DNA of 64,000 bases from Octopus sinensis (Eukaryota). The position numbers were made by a program, and so were the translations under genes. The stretch covers positions 131,192,001-131,256,000 of the forward strand of contig NC_042997.1 in NCBI RefSeq assembly GCF_006345805.1, read 5' to 3'. Positions 13,330 through 25,868 of this stretch are shown here, in pieces. The notes under the pieces were generated by a model. That model worked only from the letters and a program-made list of their open reading frames with translations. It did no database searches and was not told where the DNA came from. Each line of letters begins with the position of its first letter. Position 1 is the stretch's first letter.

Positions 13330-14309
13330 TATATTATTATATATATATATATATATATATATACTTTATTAAAAAGCATGTTAAAAAGCGTGAAACTGAA
13401 TAAGAGTTTTTGAGATATTTTTGCTGCTTTTTAATAAAGCATATTACTCTACATCTGGTATTCGAGTACTATTTTTCCCACCTTGTCTCGCATTTATGTG
13501 CTTACTCTGGTATCACTTCATACACGCCAGCTCAATTTGATTCGTTCTCAGTCGAAAGACACTTGTTGTTATTTCTTGTTTGTATTCGTAATTGTGTTCT
13601 CTATAAATAAAATTTATGTTTAGTTGTATGTTGATGTTGACATATAAATAAAATAAATTAACCAAGTAAAAAACGAGACTATTCTCATCATACGTCAACA
13701 TACATCCAAACATATTCTAAATTTTTAATGTGAAGTTAGAAACTTAATTTTAAGAGTAACGTCGATTTTAAGAATAATAGTGTAATCAATAGATAATATT
13801 ATAATTATAAAAAATTAGATTTTTACTTATTCAAAAATATTTTAAAACTTATCGGATTAGTAATTTGGTGTCTTGTTTGCCTATCTGTATGTTGATGGTG
13901 GCATACATATAAAATAAATTAACCACGTAAAAAAACTAGACTATTCCCATCATACATCTGTTTCCGGCTTCTCCTGGCTTTTTATTAATTACTTCTCGTA
14001 CACGGTAAATATATATAAAATAGCAAATATATTTTAAGAATTTTTAAATGTTAATGAATTATCTCGCCTACACTGGATCTCTCAAGGTTGGATTATACAT
14101 TGTTCTCCAGGAAGCCATGATTGATTCGCAAAAGAGAGAGTTTTCAAAAGGATAAGTTAATATTTCTATTTCTTATTTTTCTTCCTATTTTTTCTTCCTC
14201 ATTATTGTTCTTTATTTAGTAATGAGTAAGTATTTCGACGATTTCTAGTTGTATAATTTTGATTGTCATGTCTTTATATAGGATGTAAATAGTTAGTTTT
14301 ATATAATCC

Positions 14310-14405
14310 AGACCTGAAGATTGGCAGTATAGTCAGATTGATATGGTATTGAATTTTTATTTCAGCAATACCGATAGATTTATTATCATGAAACGCGCGT
14401 TGTCT
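14310..14405 (+). ncRNA. Hammerhead ribozyme motif with about 70-nt stem II
   Basis: AGAC-CTGAAGA-[long hairpin including GGTATTG/CAATACC]-GAAAC-GCGC-GT-T-GTCT; stem I AGAC/GTCT is perfect. Confidence 0.65.
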
Positions 14406-14592
14406 ATATAATTTGATATATGACTGAGACTAGTAATTGTAGATATTAATTTGATAAAATTTAATCTTATATCTCTATCATAGATAATGTCGTTCAATGT
14501 TGTTTGAGTTGCTTAAACCTATATATATGTATATAATACAGCGAGAAATTCATTTCAGTACCACCAATAACTCCCTAATATAAATAAATGAA

Positions 14593-14680
<88 letters not shown>

Positions 14681-16173
14681 TGTATGTATGTATGTATGTA
14701 TGTATGTATGTGATGTATGTTGTATGTATGTATGTATGTATGTATGTATGTATGTATGTATGTACGTCGTACGTACGTACGTACGTACGTGTACACACAC
14801 ACGGCGGGCTTTTTTCAGTTTCCGCCTAACAAATCCACTCACAAGGCTTTGGTCGACCCAAGGCTATAGTAGAAGATATTATAGAAGATACTAAAATACC
14901 ATGCAGTGAAACTGAACTCGGAGCCATGTTGTTGGGAAGCTAGCTTCTAACCACACAGCCATATATATATTTAGTAGCTCCAGAGGACTGTAGCAACAAA
15001 TTTGTACACTATGTGTTTAACATTATATTTAATATCAGAGGCCTGTGAACATGCGGTTCACATAGTCTGTAATAAGATCGACGTTATATAATCTAGTGAG
15101 TAACGTTACTTCTGTCTACTATGAGTATTACGGAGCAAGAATGAAGGACTCAGTGAAGTAGTTTCGGTTCTTGATTGAAAGCATTTAACGTGTTTATGCA
15201 TGAACGTCTTTGAGAAAAATGCAAATGTTCCAAGACCACATCACTCTTTTCTATATATTTGTTACCATCACTAATTCCACACTTTCTAAAAATAAATAAA
15301 TTGAATTTTAAGTTGCACTCAAGCCACAACCATTGAGTAAAAAACATAGCTATTTCCATAAATAAATAAAAAACAATATTAAATTGTACTCAAATTTTCC
15401 TTAAATAACAAATTACTGTTAAAATAATGTTTTGGTCTAATGGTAATTAGTCGTAACAGATCTGCTAATTAGAGCTAACCTGTGGCTAAAGAACATCCTC
15501 CTATTATAGCCAGCCAAGTAGGAAGTCTATTCGACCGCTCAACCTACAAGAAGTGGCAGTCAAATCTCCCTCAGAAACGCATATCCAACCACATAAAAGA
15601 TGTAGTCAACATAATATAAAAAGGATTTGAGGGCAAGATTTGAAACCTTATCCTTACACTGCAGCGGAGTTGGGTGGGGGTGAGAAGCGGCAGAGGAAGT
15701 ACGAGTGGGGGGACGATATGCTGAGGGTGACATCTTTTGGGTTTGCTTTATAAGCCTGTATGGTGGTTGGCGGGAAACTAAAAGGTCGCTCTGGGCGGCA
15801 CATACTCTAGCTACGCTATAGCTTACCTCATAGGTATGCTGGCCATAGGTTTAAATGATGCTAACAACAATCACATCAGACACTTGCTCCTCCCCAACTA
15901 CCCAAAGCTGTCTATTATAAAAATAAGAGACGACCAGAGTGAAAGCTGTAATTATATGCGTTCGTTTCCGTTGAAATTTTAGCCCCAAATTTCTTTTCAT
16001 TGATATTAAATACATCAACATATGTTACATATGTATATATTCTTAAGCTGCATGACACCTTTCCGTAACCTCTTTCGGGTCTCTTTCTGCCCGCTTCGTA
16101 CACATTTGCACACATATACATACCCACATTTGTATGTATGTATGTATGTATGTATGTATGTATGTATGTATGT

Positions 16174-16222
<49 letters not shown>

Positions 16223-16889
16223 TACGTACGTACGTACGTACGTACGTATGTATGTATGTATGTATGTACGTACGTATGTATGTATGTACGTATGTATATG
16301 TCGGTGTCTGTATGTGAATACACACACTGAAGGCAGAGATCTGAGAAGGCCATTTTACTAATGCTGAATATTTTTTAACCATTGTTGTCCGTTTATGCTT
16401 TATTTCTTCCACTGAAATCTACTTTGATTCATGAAATTAAATATTTGGGCGAATAATCTAAGGTTGTATACAACAAAACCTGTTTTTCTTTAACTCCGGA
16501 TGTTAATAAAACAGATGCATGTAAATATTATTCTGCCAATTGATACAATATAGAATGTTATTCGATATAACTTTCTATGACATATGGAATATTACGTTTC
16601 CAAAGGAGTTTCTGGAAAACTTCATAAATCAGTAAAACCAAAGAAAAAAATTTCATAACAAATAAAAAAGGAGAACTTCTCAAACAACATTACAATGAAT
16701 TTTGTCCAGTGAAAATGAGTACTTGTTCCCATATTGCGAGTAACAACAGCTGCTGAAAGTAAAATTATACAAAATCTCTGGGGTTGTGGAGAACAGTGAT
16801 AAATAAAGTTAATATAAAATCATTTGCAGATACAAAAATACACGCAGTTCACGATTATAAATGATTTTGATAAAAATCGATTTACATAA

Positions 16890-17100
16890 TATAAGTTCCA
16901 AATTTTGGCACAAAACGAGCAATTTCTGAAGAGGGACTGAGTCAATTAAATCGACCTCAGTGCTCAACTGGTATTTATTTTAACGACCCCGAAAAGATGA
17001 AAAGTAAAGTCGACCCCAGTGGAATTTGAGCATAGAACGTACAGACGGACGAAATGCCGCTAAGCATTTGCTCGGCGTGCTAACGATTCTGCTAGCTCAC
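16890..17100 (-). mobile_element. tRNA-derived SINE (central-domain family)
   Basis: Full head, B-box and central domain on the minus strand. Confidence 0.8.
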
Positions 17101-18283
17101 TGCATTTCGGTTTATAGTGTTTACTATAAAATATCTTTAGTTTTAAACGAAGTCTGGCTGCATTGATTGAAGATTTCACTTTCAATGGAGCGGTAAATTC
17201 TAAAATGCATTGAACATTTTTTTTCTAAATCGAACGAAGCAAACAATAAATTATATAATAAGGTATTAGTTTCTGGGCATTATTGACTTTTTGTGGTTTA
17301 AAATTTTTTTCGCTTCCTTTTAGTTTAATTGTTGGAAATATGGAAAAATTGCTGTTGGTTTTAATGACGTTTTGTTTCATCAGTTAAACTATATTTTGTC
17401 CTGATTTTATTCGTGATTTTGCTGCTGAATTTAATGACTCATGCCAAACTTTGAATCATCAGTTGAAATTTTGAAGCTAAAAGCAATTCACAAAATGGAA
17501 TTCCTACAAGCCACAGTAACGAAACTTAAAAGAAAATATACAATGGTATATGCGAATGTGATTATTTAAATCATATATGCTAACAACCAGTCTTCTTTTC
17601 GACACGAAGCCACGAAGTTACCTAGTCATATATAGGATCTGAAAGCCAACTGTATACTACAATCATTAAGTGGAGCAGTGTGGTACGACCCACGTAATAC
17701 GTTAATGATTCAAGGTGGTGCAGGCTTTGTTTAGCCAAAAGAACTCAGACCTACAATCTGAAACTTTTATTAAATGTAAGAACCTGGATAAATCTCTTTT
17801 ACTGAACTGGAAAACACCACCATGCTCGGATTAAGCAAGCAATCTCACAAACTTTAACCATCTCTCAGTTGAATTAATTTATAATAATTCTGATCCGAAC
17901 GGGCTGAACTGATGCAACTCCTAATTTCCATTTCGTTATTTTCATTTCACGTTTTCGTTCTTTTACTTTCCTTTCTACTTTACTCGCGTTTTCTCAAAGA
18001 CCAGTGTCTTTTTTCGCCTTAAAAAAAAAAAAAAAGAAAAAAGGCCGACCATTTTCTATAGTCGAATCTGAAAGATTGCCTGGAAATACACGGCACGTCA
18101 TAGAAACTTGTCAGACCATCGTGTTTTGACAGCATAATACTAATAGTTGTCCGAATTTAAATCCTGTGTACATTAAATTACACCACACACAAAAACCCAC
18201 ATACACACGCAAATACACACACACACACATACACGCACACACACACACACACACACTCACACACGCACACACACTCACACACG

Positions 18284-18324
<41 letters not shown>

Positions 18325-18404
18325 ATATATATATATATATATAACCACACGTGAATCGTTGGCGATTTTCTTCCTCCGTCTTCCCTTCTATTGGACTTTC
18401 CTCT

Positions 18405-18440
18405 GTTTCCGAAGAAGAGCGTCTGCTCGAAACGTTAAAC
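18405..18440 (+). ncRNA. Hammerhead-like motif with variant core CCGAAGA
   Basis: GTTT-CCGAAGA-A-GAGC[GTCT]GCTC-GAAA-CG-TT-AAAC, within a ~200-bp repeat flanked by (TA)n. Confidence 0.6.
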
Positions 18441-18533
18441 TATCCTTCTTTCCTTCCCTGAGCGTCTGCTAATACATTACATGTACCACGTACTCGCGTT
18501 TTTGTGCTTTTTGTGATGGTTCTTATTTGGATT

Positions 18534-18570
<37 letters not shown>

Positions 18571-18726
18571 AAAAAATAAGTTCAAAAAAGAACAATTCAA
18601 ACTTTTACAACTTGCTTGTAAATATCCGATTTTTCCCTATTACACCTTTTGTATTCTCCCTTATTATATCTTATTTTACTTTACTTTATTTTATTGAACC
18701 TTTTTTTATGTCCTTTCAAAAATTCT

Positions 18727-18826
18727 TCACACTGATGAAAATGACAATGCATAAATTTAATTATAATGACTATGATTATAATTTTTCTTACATATTTGTA
18801 TTGTACTTTGAAACGCGTGTATGTAA
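18727..18826 (+). ncRNA. Hammerhead ribozyme motif with about 70-nt stem II
   Basis: TCACA-CTGATGA-AAATGACAATGC..AATTATAAT/ATTATAATT..GTATTGTACTTT-GAAAC-GCGT-GT-A-TGTAA. Confidence 0.6.
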
Positions 18827-18928
18827 TGAATCCAAATTTGTATTAAATCTAATTTTGATGCAACATCTTTTACTCTTTCATTTTGATATAATTGTTTATG
18901 GTATATTTATCATTATATATATATAATA

Positions 18929-18971
<43 letters not shown>

Positions 18972-19591
18972 TAGTCAGGAATCATATATCCGAAGAATCA
19001 CACTCTAAAAGTTAGAGCAGTAATGTATTTACATAAAGTTAAATATTTATCCTGTCATAGAGTGACTAATGGTTTCACATTAATAAACCGCTTAGCCTTA
19101 TAGACAACTCACCAGACTCCAATGACCGCAAACATATAACCTCTTTTGAAACCGGAAGAAGAAAACCATTACAGACAGTTAATTTGTAAATAAAAGAACA
19201 TTATATAGTGTCTGAGCCTTAAACGGGACGGGTTGTCACCCTTAGATCGGTCCGGTCAACAAAGTTTTATGATCCTAATCGACAAACGGTTTTCTATTCC
19301 AGTTTAAATAGAGGTTATATCTGCGATCACTGGAATCTGATGAGTCGTCTATAAGGCTAAGCGCTTTATGGATACGAAATCATTGGTTAGTTTATGACCG
19401 GCCATATAATCAACCAATCTGTGAATATTATATATATGTATGTACCCCTCAAATTACTTTGGCCAGAAAATAAATTTCCCCAAACTAAGAATATCTTCCC
19501 TATCACAAGACTATTAAGAAGTCAGTTCTTAGTTTCAAGAGATTTAGAAGAATTTAACTGATAAAATGTATCCAGAAATGAATCTGATGTA

Positions 19592-20863
19592 TCAGGTAAT
19601 CCCATAAGTTCTGTCCGAATTTTGAATAAAGAAAACAAGTGATCAAATGTTATATTTAATTAAAATTTAATCATCAATGGATTTTCCTTGATTATCTATG
19701 ACTTCCTTCCATCTATTTACAAGCTTTTTAATCCCCTCAATGTAAAACTCTTTTGGTTTCGAAGCGAAGAACTCTGAAATGTCAGTTTCGACCTCCTCCT
19801 GACTTGCGAAAGTTATGTCCCCCAAATAATTCTGTAAACTACGAAACAAATAGTAGTCTGAAGGAGCAAGGTCGGGAGAATGAGGTGCATGAGGAATTTT
19901 TTCCCAACCAAGCTCTTCGATCTTCTGTGATATCTTTGCAGTGTGGGGTCATGCATTGTCCTGATGAAACATAACTCCTTTTCGATTCACTAAAGCAGGT
20001 ATTTTTTCTTCAAAGCTTGGTTCAAACATTCTCATTGCTGACAATAGACTTGAGCATTGATTGTTGAATTAGGTGGTAACAATTCAAAGTGAATTACTCC
20101 TTTGCAATCCCACCAGATAGAGAGAAGAACCTTTTTTCAATGAAGTTCCCTTCTCGGTTGTGGTTGAGTTTTTCCCTTTTACCAAGCCACTGTTTAACAT
20201 TTCGATAGAAGATCCATTGTTCGTCACCAGTTACAAGTCTATCCAAAAACGGTGAAATGAGTTCGCGAGAATGGAGAGAAGAGCAGATATCAACTTGGGA
20301 TTTGTGGTTGCTTTCGGAAAATTCATGAGACACCCATTTTCCAAGTTTAGGAACCTTTCAAAGTTGTTGGAGATGACGATGAAGAGTTGTATGGTTTAAG
20401 CTAAGCTTTATTGCCAATTCTTCAACTGATAATGCAGGATTTTCTTCAAGTAATGTCTCAAGGAGCTTATCATCAAACTCAACTGGACGTCCTGTTCGAT
20501 CTTCATCTTGAAGGCTGAAATCTCCACTTCTGAATTTTGCAAACCATCTTCTGCAAGTTCTTTCATTCAAACATTCTTTCCCATAAACTGAGTGTATGTT
20601 TCGAGTCGCTTTGGCTACAGAGTTTCCTTTTTTGTACTCATAAAGCATTATGTGCCTCAAATTCTCTTTGTATAATTCATGTTAGAAATAGTTTTAATCA
20701 AAGAAATTTTAATTCTATTATTCTGTAAAATAATATTCAATTAGTTTAATGTACACAAATGCATAAAAACAATTTTAAATTCCATTAGATATTGTAAAAT
20801 ACTATTAAATTTTATTCAATTTTAAAAAAGGTAAAATCGGACAGAACTTATGGGATGACCTTG
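19592..20863 (-). mobile_element. Full-length mariner (DD34D) with pseudogenised transposase (ATG 20680, stop 19667)
   Basis: About 30-bp TIRs (TCAGGTAATCCCATAAGTTCTGTCCGA / TCGGACAGAACTTATGGGATGACCTTG), TA on both sides, 1272 bp; VTGDE, HQDNA and PDLAPSDYY motifs; frameshifts and a stop. Confidence 0.95.
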
Positions 20864-20865
20864 TA

Positions 20866-21982
20866 TTTGACAACAGAAACCACATCACCTTTATGCGGCT
20901 CGGCCGAATATGAGTTGCTCTGTTTTAATTAGGCAGTAGGATCCTCCTGGTCCGTACCAATTCCGAATCGACTATCATCGCCGGCCGACCGTGAATTGCG
21001 CATCCCGATGCGACGACTGAACTCTGCAAGGACAGCCAAGCTTGTGAGCCCACGCCTAATGATGAGCTCTAAGCCATGTAGTTATACGGCATCTCAGGCG
21101 TCGAACCGTGTTGTTCTCTCCTACTATACTCCGAGCGACTCGTATGAAGTCTCGCGCCGCCACACGACGAACGAACGCGTGTGGAGGTGTAGACGCCGTT
21201 GCGAGAGAAGGCTGCGCGCGGCCGGTCGATCCCGGTGGACCGAAGGTGACGGTTGGAAAGGTGCCCGGGATGCCAATTTCGAGCCAATGCTACAGCCCCG
21301 TATCCTGTCGCTTCGCGCGAAGATATGTTCCAGTATCCGGCGATGCGATTGGAGCGAACGGCCATGCGTGTGCGCGTGATACACTGCTCGATCCACCCGT
21401 CCTCGGAGCCAATCCTTTTTCTGAAGATATGGATCCAGTTTACTGGCCTTATCTACACGAGGTTGTACACCTTAGATATCTACTGCGGACGGTGGGTACA
21501 GATCGACTCGAGAGCTGCGAACCCTACGCACCCAGGTTTTTCAGGCCTGCCAATGAGGCACCAAAGCTGCCCGGGTTGCAGCACTTTATAGACACCATAT
21601 CGGTATCTTCGGACGATCCGATTCTATGAATGAAGTTCTTTACGAAGAAGCGACTACTTTCCTCGGATCATGGTAACGTCTCCGCGTTCGCTTTCGTGTG
21701 GCTGCTTTTCCCTGTCACCGGTTTCAACGACGGATGCATAAGATGTGCACCGCGTTTCCGCCACCGGACGGGCACTCTCTGATTTCGGGTTCGGCAATAT
21801 TAACCTGATTCCCGTTCAGTGTGAGGCCGGCCACGTTCGCGTATATTTTTTATTGTACATGTTTTGATGACGGATCCGGCGCCTTTCGTGGAAGCTTCTT
21901 AGAACCGACTGACTCGTGCTTGACTGCCGTTGGCACGGAACTCTTCTTTACTTCGGTCCCCGAATGTCTTGTATGAACATTT
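20866..21982 (-). pseudogene. 28S rRNA: Decayed 28S (LSU) rRNA fragment, about 1.1 kb
   Basis: Collinear matches to conserved LSU blocks (reverse complement): CAGAAACCACATC, GTTTTAATTAGGCAGTAGGATCCTCCTGGTCCGTACC, GAGCCAATCCTTTT, GGTTCGGCAATATTAACCTGATTCCC, GAACCGACTGACTCGTG; many transitions and deletions in normally invariant cores. Confidence 0.85.
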
Positions 21983-22370
21983 CCTCTTTCTTTCTCTGTC
22001 ACCCAGCCTTGTCAAGTTTCTGAAGCGAAGGAGGAGGTATAGAAAAGCGTGTGAAAAAGAAGGAAAGTGACAAGTATTTAAGATCAAACAACTCAAATAT
22101 AGATATTATCATTGGTTATCGAACGATTCATTAATAGGCTACGGGGCTTATTTCATTCTATATACACAATTTATTTGTAGTTTTGTATTTTTGTGAGCAT
22201 AAGTGTGTGTGCCATGTGTTAGGCACAGACAAATATATCTACATAAATCTAGACTTATATTTATGTGTTGTGTGTTAGCTATGAGCATATATATACGTTG
22301 GTTAATATGTTTGCATAGTGTAATCAGATAACAGACGAACAGAATTCTGTATGTGTATGTATGTGTGATG

Positions 22371-22402
<32 letters not shown>

Positions 22403-23651
22403 TGTATGTATGTATGTATGTATGTATATGTGCTTTTCGAGTTTAATCGGTAGACTTCTTGCAGTCTTTTCTCTCTTTCTCTAATCGATTTTCTTTATTA
22501 CTGCAACGCACACGTTTTCTTTCTTTCTTTCTTTCTTTCATTTTAAAAAGCTTTATCTCTTCTTCCTCCTCTTCTTCCTCTTCCTCCTCCACCTCCTCCT
22601 CTTCCCCCTTCCCTACCCCTCCTCCCTTCACTTCTGCGGTTGCTCATTATAGATATACAAGTGCAATGACTTACACTCATGGACGGAATTCAAATTTATA
22701 AGAGACTAGCTTAAAAGCCGCACTCCGTGCGGACTTTTAAGCTAGCTCATGCGGAAGTTCAATTGGACCTGCGGTTCAAAACTAAACGGAGCTGAATATC
22801 ATGACTATAATACGTCTATAATGACTAATTTCCACGGTGGTGTTTGATCAGAGGTTAAGGACGGATGAGAATTAATTCTGTAAGGCAATCATTCTATTGT
22901 TCCAGTCCCAAGTTGAATTCCAACTGTTGCCCAATTTGTCCCAAAGTTCTTATCTCAATGTAAAATTAACGAAGCGAATGTCATTTATCTCCCCCTTGCT
23001 CTCTGATGTCATCTGACAAACGTCAACTAAGATGGCGTGAATCAGCCAAATTTTACCTGCTAGAAATAGCGACCCAAATGCTCTTAAATCAGATCCCAGT
23101 ACTGTATGTTCAAGAACCAAATGAAGGGCAGATTTTCAATCCCGAGACCATTCTGATTCCAAAAAGATATAATATGTCTATGTAGAGCAAATGTAACCTG
23201 AGATACAGGGATCCCAGACAGATAGAATTTCACTTTTATGACGGAATTCTGGACAGTTCAACCAACCAAATTCTACACATTATATAGTAATCAACCCGAT
23301 ATCATAGTAGATCTTTGCCCAAGATGCTGGCAGTGACCTTGAATTCGATGTCACATGGCTGCGAAGCGAACTTAACAACATCGTCATGTCTGATACACAT
23401 ACGCACATACTGAAAAGTATGAAATTTTCACGAGGAATTTAATTTAGCGAAATTCGCGAGGCCGACATATTCACGAAAATAAATTCCGCGAAATTTAATT
23501 CCAAAAGGTAATAAGTTTCAGTCATTTTCATAAAAATTTATGGGGAGAAACCTAAGGCAAGAAAATCAAGTTCTTTGTTATATGTTTATTTCAAATGAAA
23601 AGTGTACAAAAATGAACGATTAATCAGTTAGAATTACGGCATTCAATGAAA

Positions 23652-24944
23652 TCATCTTTTTTTGTTTTGAACAAAATTAAGTATACCTGTGTCATTCCAA
23701 CCTTGCAGCAAAATATTTTTTTGTTTAGATGAACAATCAAATGATGACAAAACCCATTTAACATGTAATGGTTTTACAATTGAGAGTTTTAGATCAACAT
23801 TAACATTATGTACAGATTTACCGGAATTTAACTGTGAAGTAACTTCATCTGCATACCATGAAGTGAATTTTTGTTTTAATTGTTGTTTGTGAAAATGATT
23901 ACCACTAATATAAAGATGTTGAAGTTCGCTTGTATATGAAGCAAGAATGTAAAAAAAAAATTCAAGTCCTTGCGACTTGAGTACAGGCTTGACAGTTTCT
24001 GTCTGGTGAACTTTGAAAATATCTAAAAGGACTAGATCTTTCTGTGCGAGTGGCAGGTTGAGTTTTTCTCGTTGATCTTCGAAGTATAGACCAAGAATGT
24101 TCTCAATGTAGATGACCGTAGTGTGTACAGTAGTCCAGTGATTTTTAGAATGAGTAATATTCCAATCTTTGGTGAATTTGAATGAAGAATGACGAGAGTC
24201 TGTCTTCCTTTGGTAGATGAGTTGCGGGGGTAAAAATGTTCCAGTTGCTGACATTCCGAGTACTGCAGTTATCTGGCGTTTGTTGTTGGCTCCGTGTATT
24301 TGTACTTGTTTGGCGCCTTGCTGCTCCATAGTCCAATCTTTGACGGGGATGATAGGAAGACCAAAGTTGACGATCATAGATGGGGCGATTTTATGTTTTT
24401 CAACGACAGTCTGTACACGACCAAGGAAGTCATCTTTAATGTTTTCGAAGTTTGGTGGTAGGGTTTTTGCGAATTTGGTGCCTTTGCATTTGACGAAGCC
24501 CATGCGCTTTAGTGTGAATTTAGTCCCTGAATCGGAGATGTCGCTGGGGCCACCGTATTCTTTGAGTTGAATGCGGTCTTGATTTTTCACGATGCCGAGA
24601 GCTGAAGCCATCACAATAGGCTTCAACAGAAAAACTATGGAACCACTATTACGAAGACTCTTGATATGATGTATTACATGATTGTCGAGATCTTCGCCCA
24701 GAAGTGGTGGTCTGCTGCGTTTTGCTGGTGGTAACTCAAACACATCGTAAATGTTTTTAGCAGACTTAAATTCATTTTTCAATTTCTTGACGTAACCATG
24801 AATAGTAGATTCAGATAGAGGCCAATTGACACACACGGTAAACGCGGTCTTTGATGTATAGATTATAAAATTTAGAAATCTGCTATGAAAATTCAGAAAG
24901 TTTACATTGCCTGGTATCATAATACATGAAGGAAAACACAGCAA
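23652..24944 (-). mobile_element. pogo/Tigger-type transposase (CENP-B HTH plus DDE_1), probably catalytically dead
   Basis: SESTIHG, GRPPLL-like, KRQITAV, FLPPQLIYQ and HW motifs; LLD retained, but the expected NxDxTG reads IVNFGLP and QPLD reads QHLY; TTCGCGA-type subterminal repeats near 23410-23510 and 25145-25200. Confidence 0.85.
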
Positions 24945-25204
24945 GTGACGCAGTCACTGAATTGTATCGCAGTAATTCAACACGAACAGTGAATAGGTAC
25001 AGATCACTGATCGTACGTAACATTTACTATGTCAACATATAATTTTACTTGAAAGATAACTGCTTGACAAGTGTTGAAAAAGAGAGATATTATTTACCTA
25101 GATTTAATAAAATAAACATTCCAAAACATTTTCAAGCATGTGTATTCGTGAATTTGTCTCTAAGTTCCAATTCGTGAAATTTTGTTCCTGGAAATTTAAC
25201 TACG

Positions 25205-25582
25205 TTGGTAAGTAGCTTGTTTACCAACCACATGGTTCCGGGTTCAGTCCCACTCCGTGGCACCTTGGGCAAGTGTCTTCTACTATAGCCTCGGGCCAAC
25301 CAAAGCCTTATGAGTGGATTTGGTTGATGGAAACTGAAAGAAGCCCGTTGTATATATACGTGTGTGTGTGTGTGTGTATGTGTGTTTGTGTGTCTGTGTT
25401 TGTCCCCCAGCATCGCTTGACAACCGATGCTGGTGTGTTTGCGTCCCCGTAACTTGGCGGTTCGGAGAGTGAGACCGATGGAATGAGTGCTGGGCTTGCA
25501 AGGAATAGGTCCCGGGGTCGATTTCTTCGACTAAAGGCGGTTGTCCAGCATGGCCGCAGTCAAATGACTGAAACAAGTAAGA
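25205..25582 (+). mobile_element. CORE-type tRNA SINE (head slightly truncated)
   Basis: CACCTTGGGCAAGTGTCTTC core-like motif, internal (TG)n, tail GGCGGTTGTCCAGCATGGCCGCAGTCAAATGACTGAAACAAGTAA. Confidence 0.85.
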
Positions 25583-25583
25583 G

Positions 25584-25646
<63 letters not shown>

Positions 25647-25661
25647 GTGTGTGTTTGTGTG

Positions 25662-25868
25662 TTAAGGTGGTGAGCTGGCAGAATCTTTAGCGTGCCGGGC
25701 AAAATACTGACAGGCCGTTCGTCGGTCTTTACGTTCCGAGTACAAAATCCACCGTAGTCGACTTTGCCTTCCGGTGTCGATGAAATGGGTACCAGTTAAG
25801 CGCTGGAGTCGATATAATCGACTTAGCCCCTTCCCCGAAATTGCCTTGTACCAAAATTTAAACACCAA
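25662..25868 (+). mobile_element. tRNA-derived SINE (central-domain family, short tail)
   Basis: Head GGTGGTGAGCTGGCAGAATC, central domain, tail TTGTACCAAAATTTAAACACCAAT. Confidence 0.8.

Noticed and set aside
13585-13960. Diverged ~70-bp direct repeat spaced about 260 bp apart
   Set aside because: AT-rich and old, with no structure or coding signal to interpret.
20866-20960. 28S fragment as an R2/R4 target-site relic
   Set aside because: The fragment stops before the TTAAGG/TAGC R2 site, and the adjacent element is a mariner.
20996-21629. Several overlapping 90-173 aa ORFs
   Set aside because: They fall in the GC-rich 28S-derived sequence, where stops are rare.
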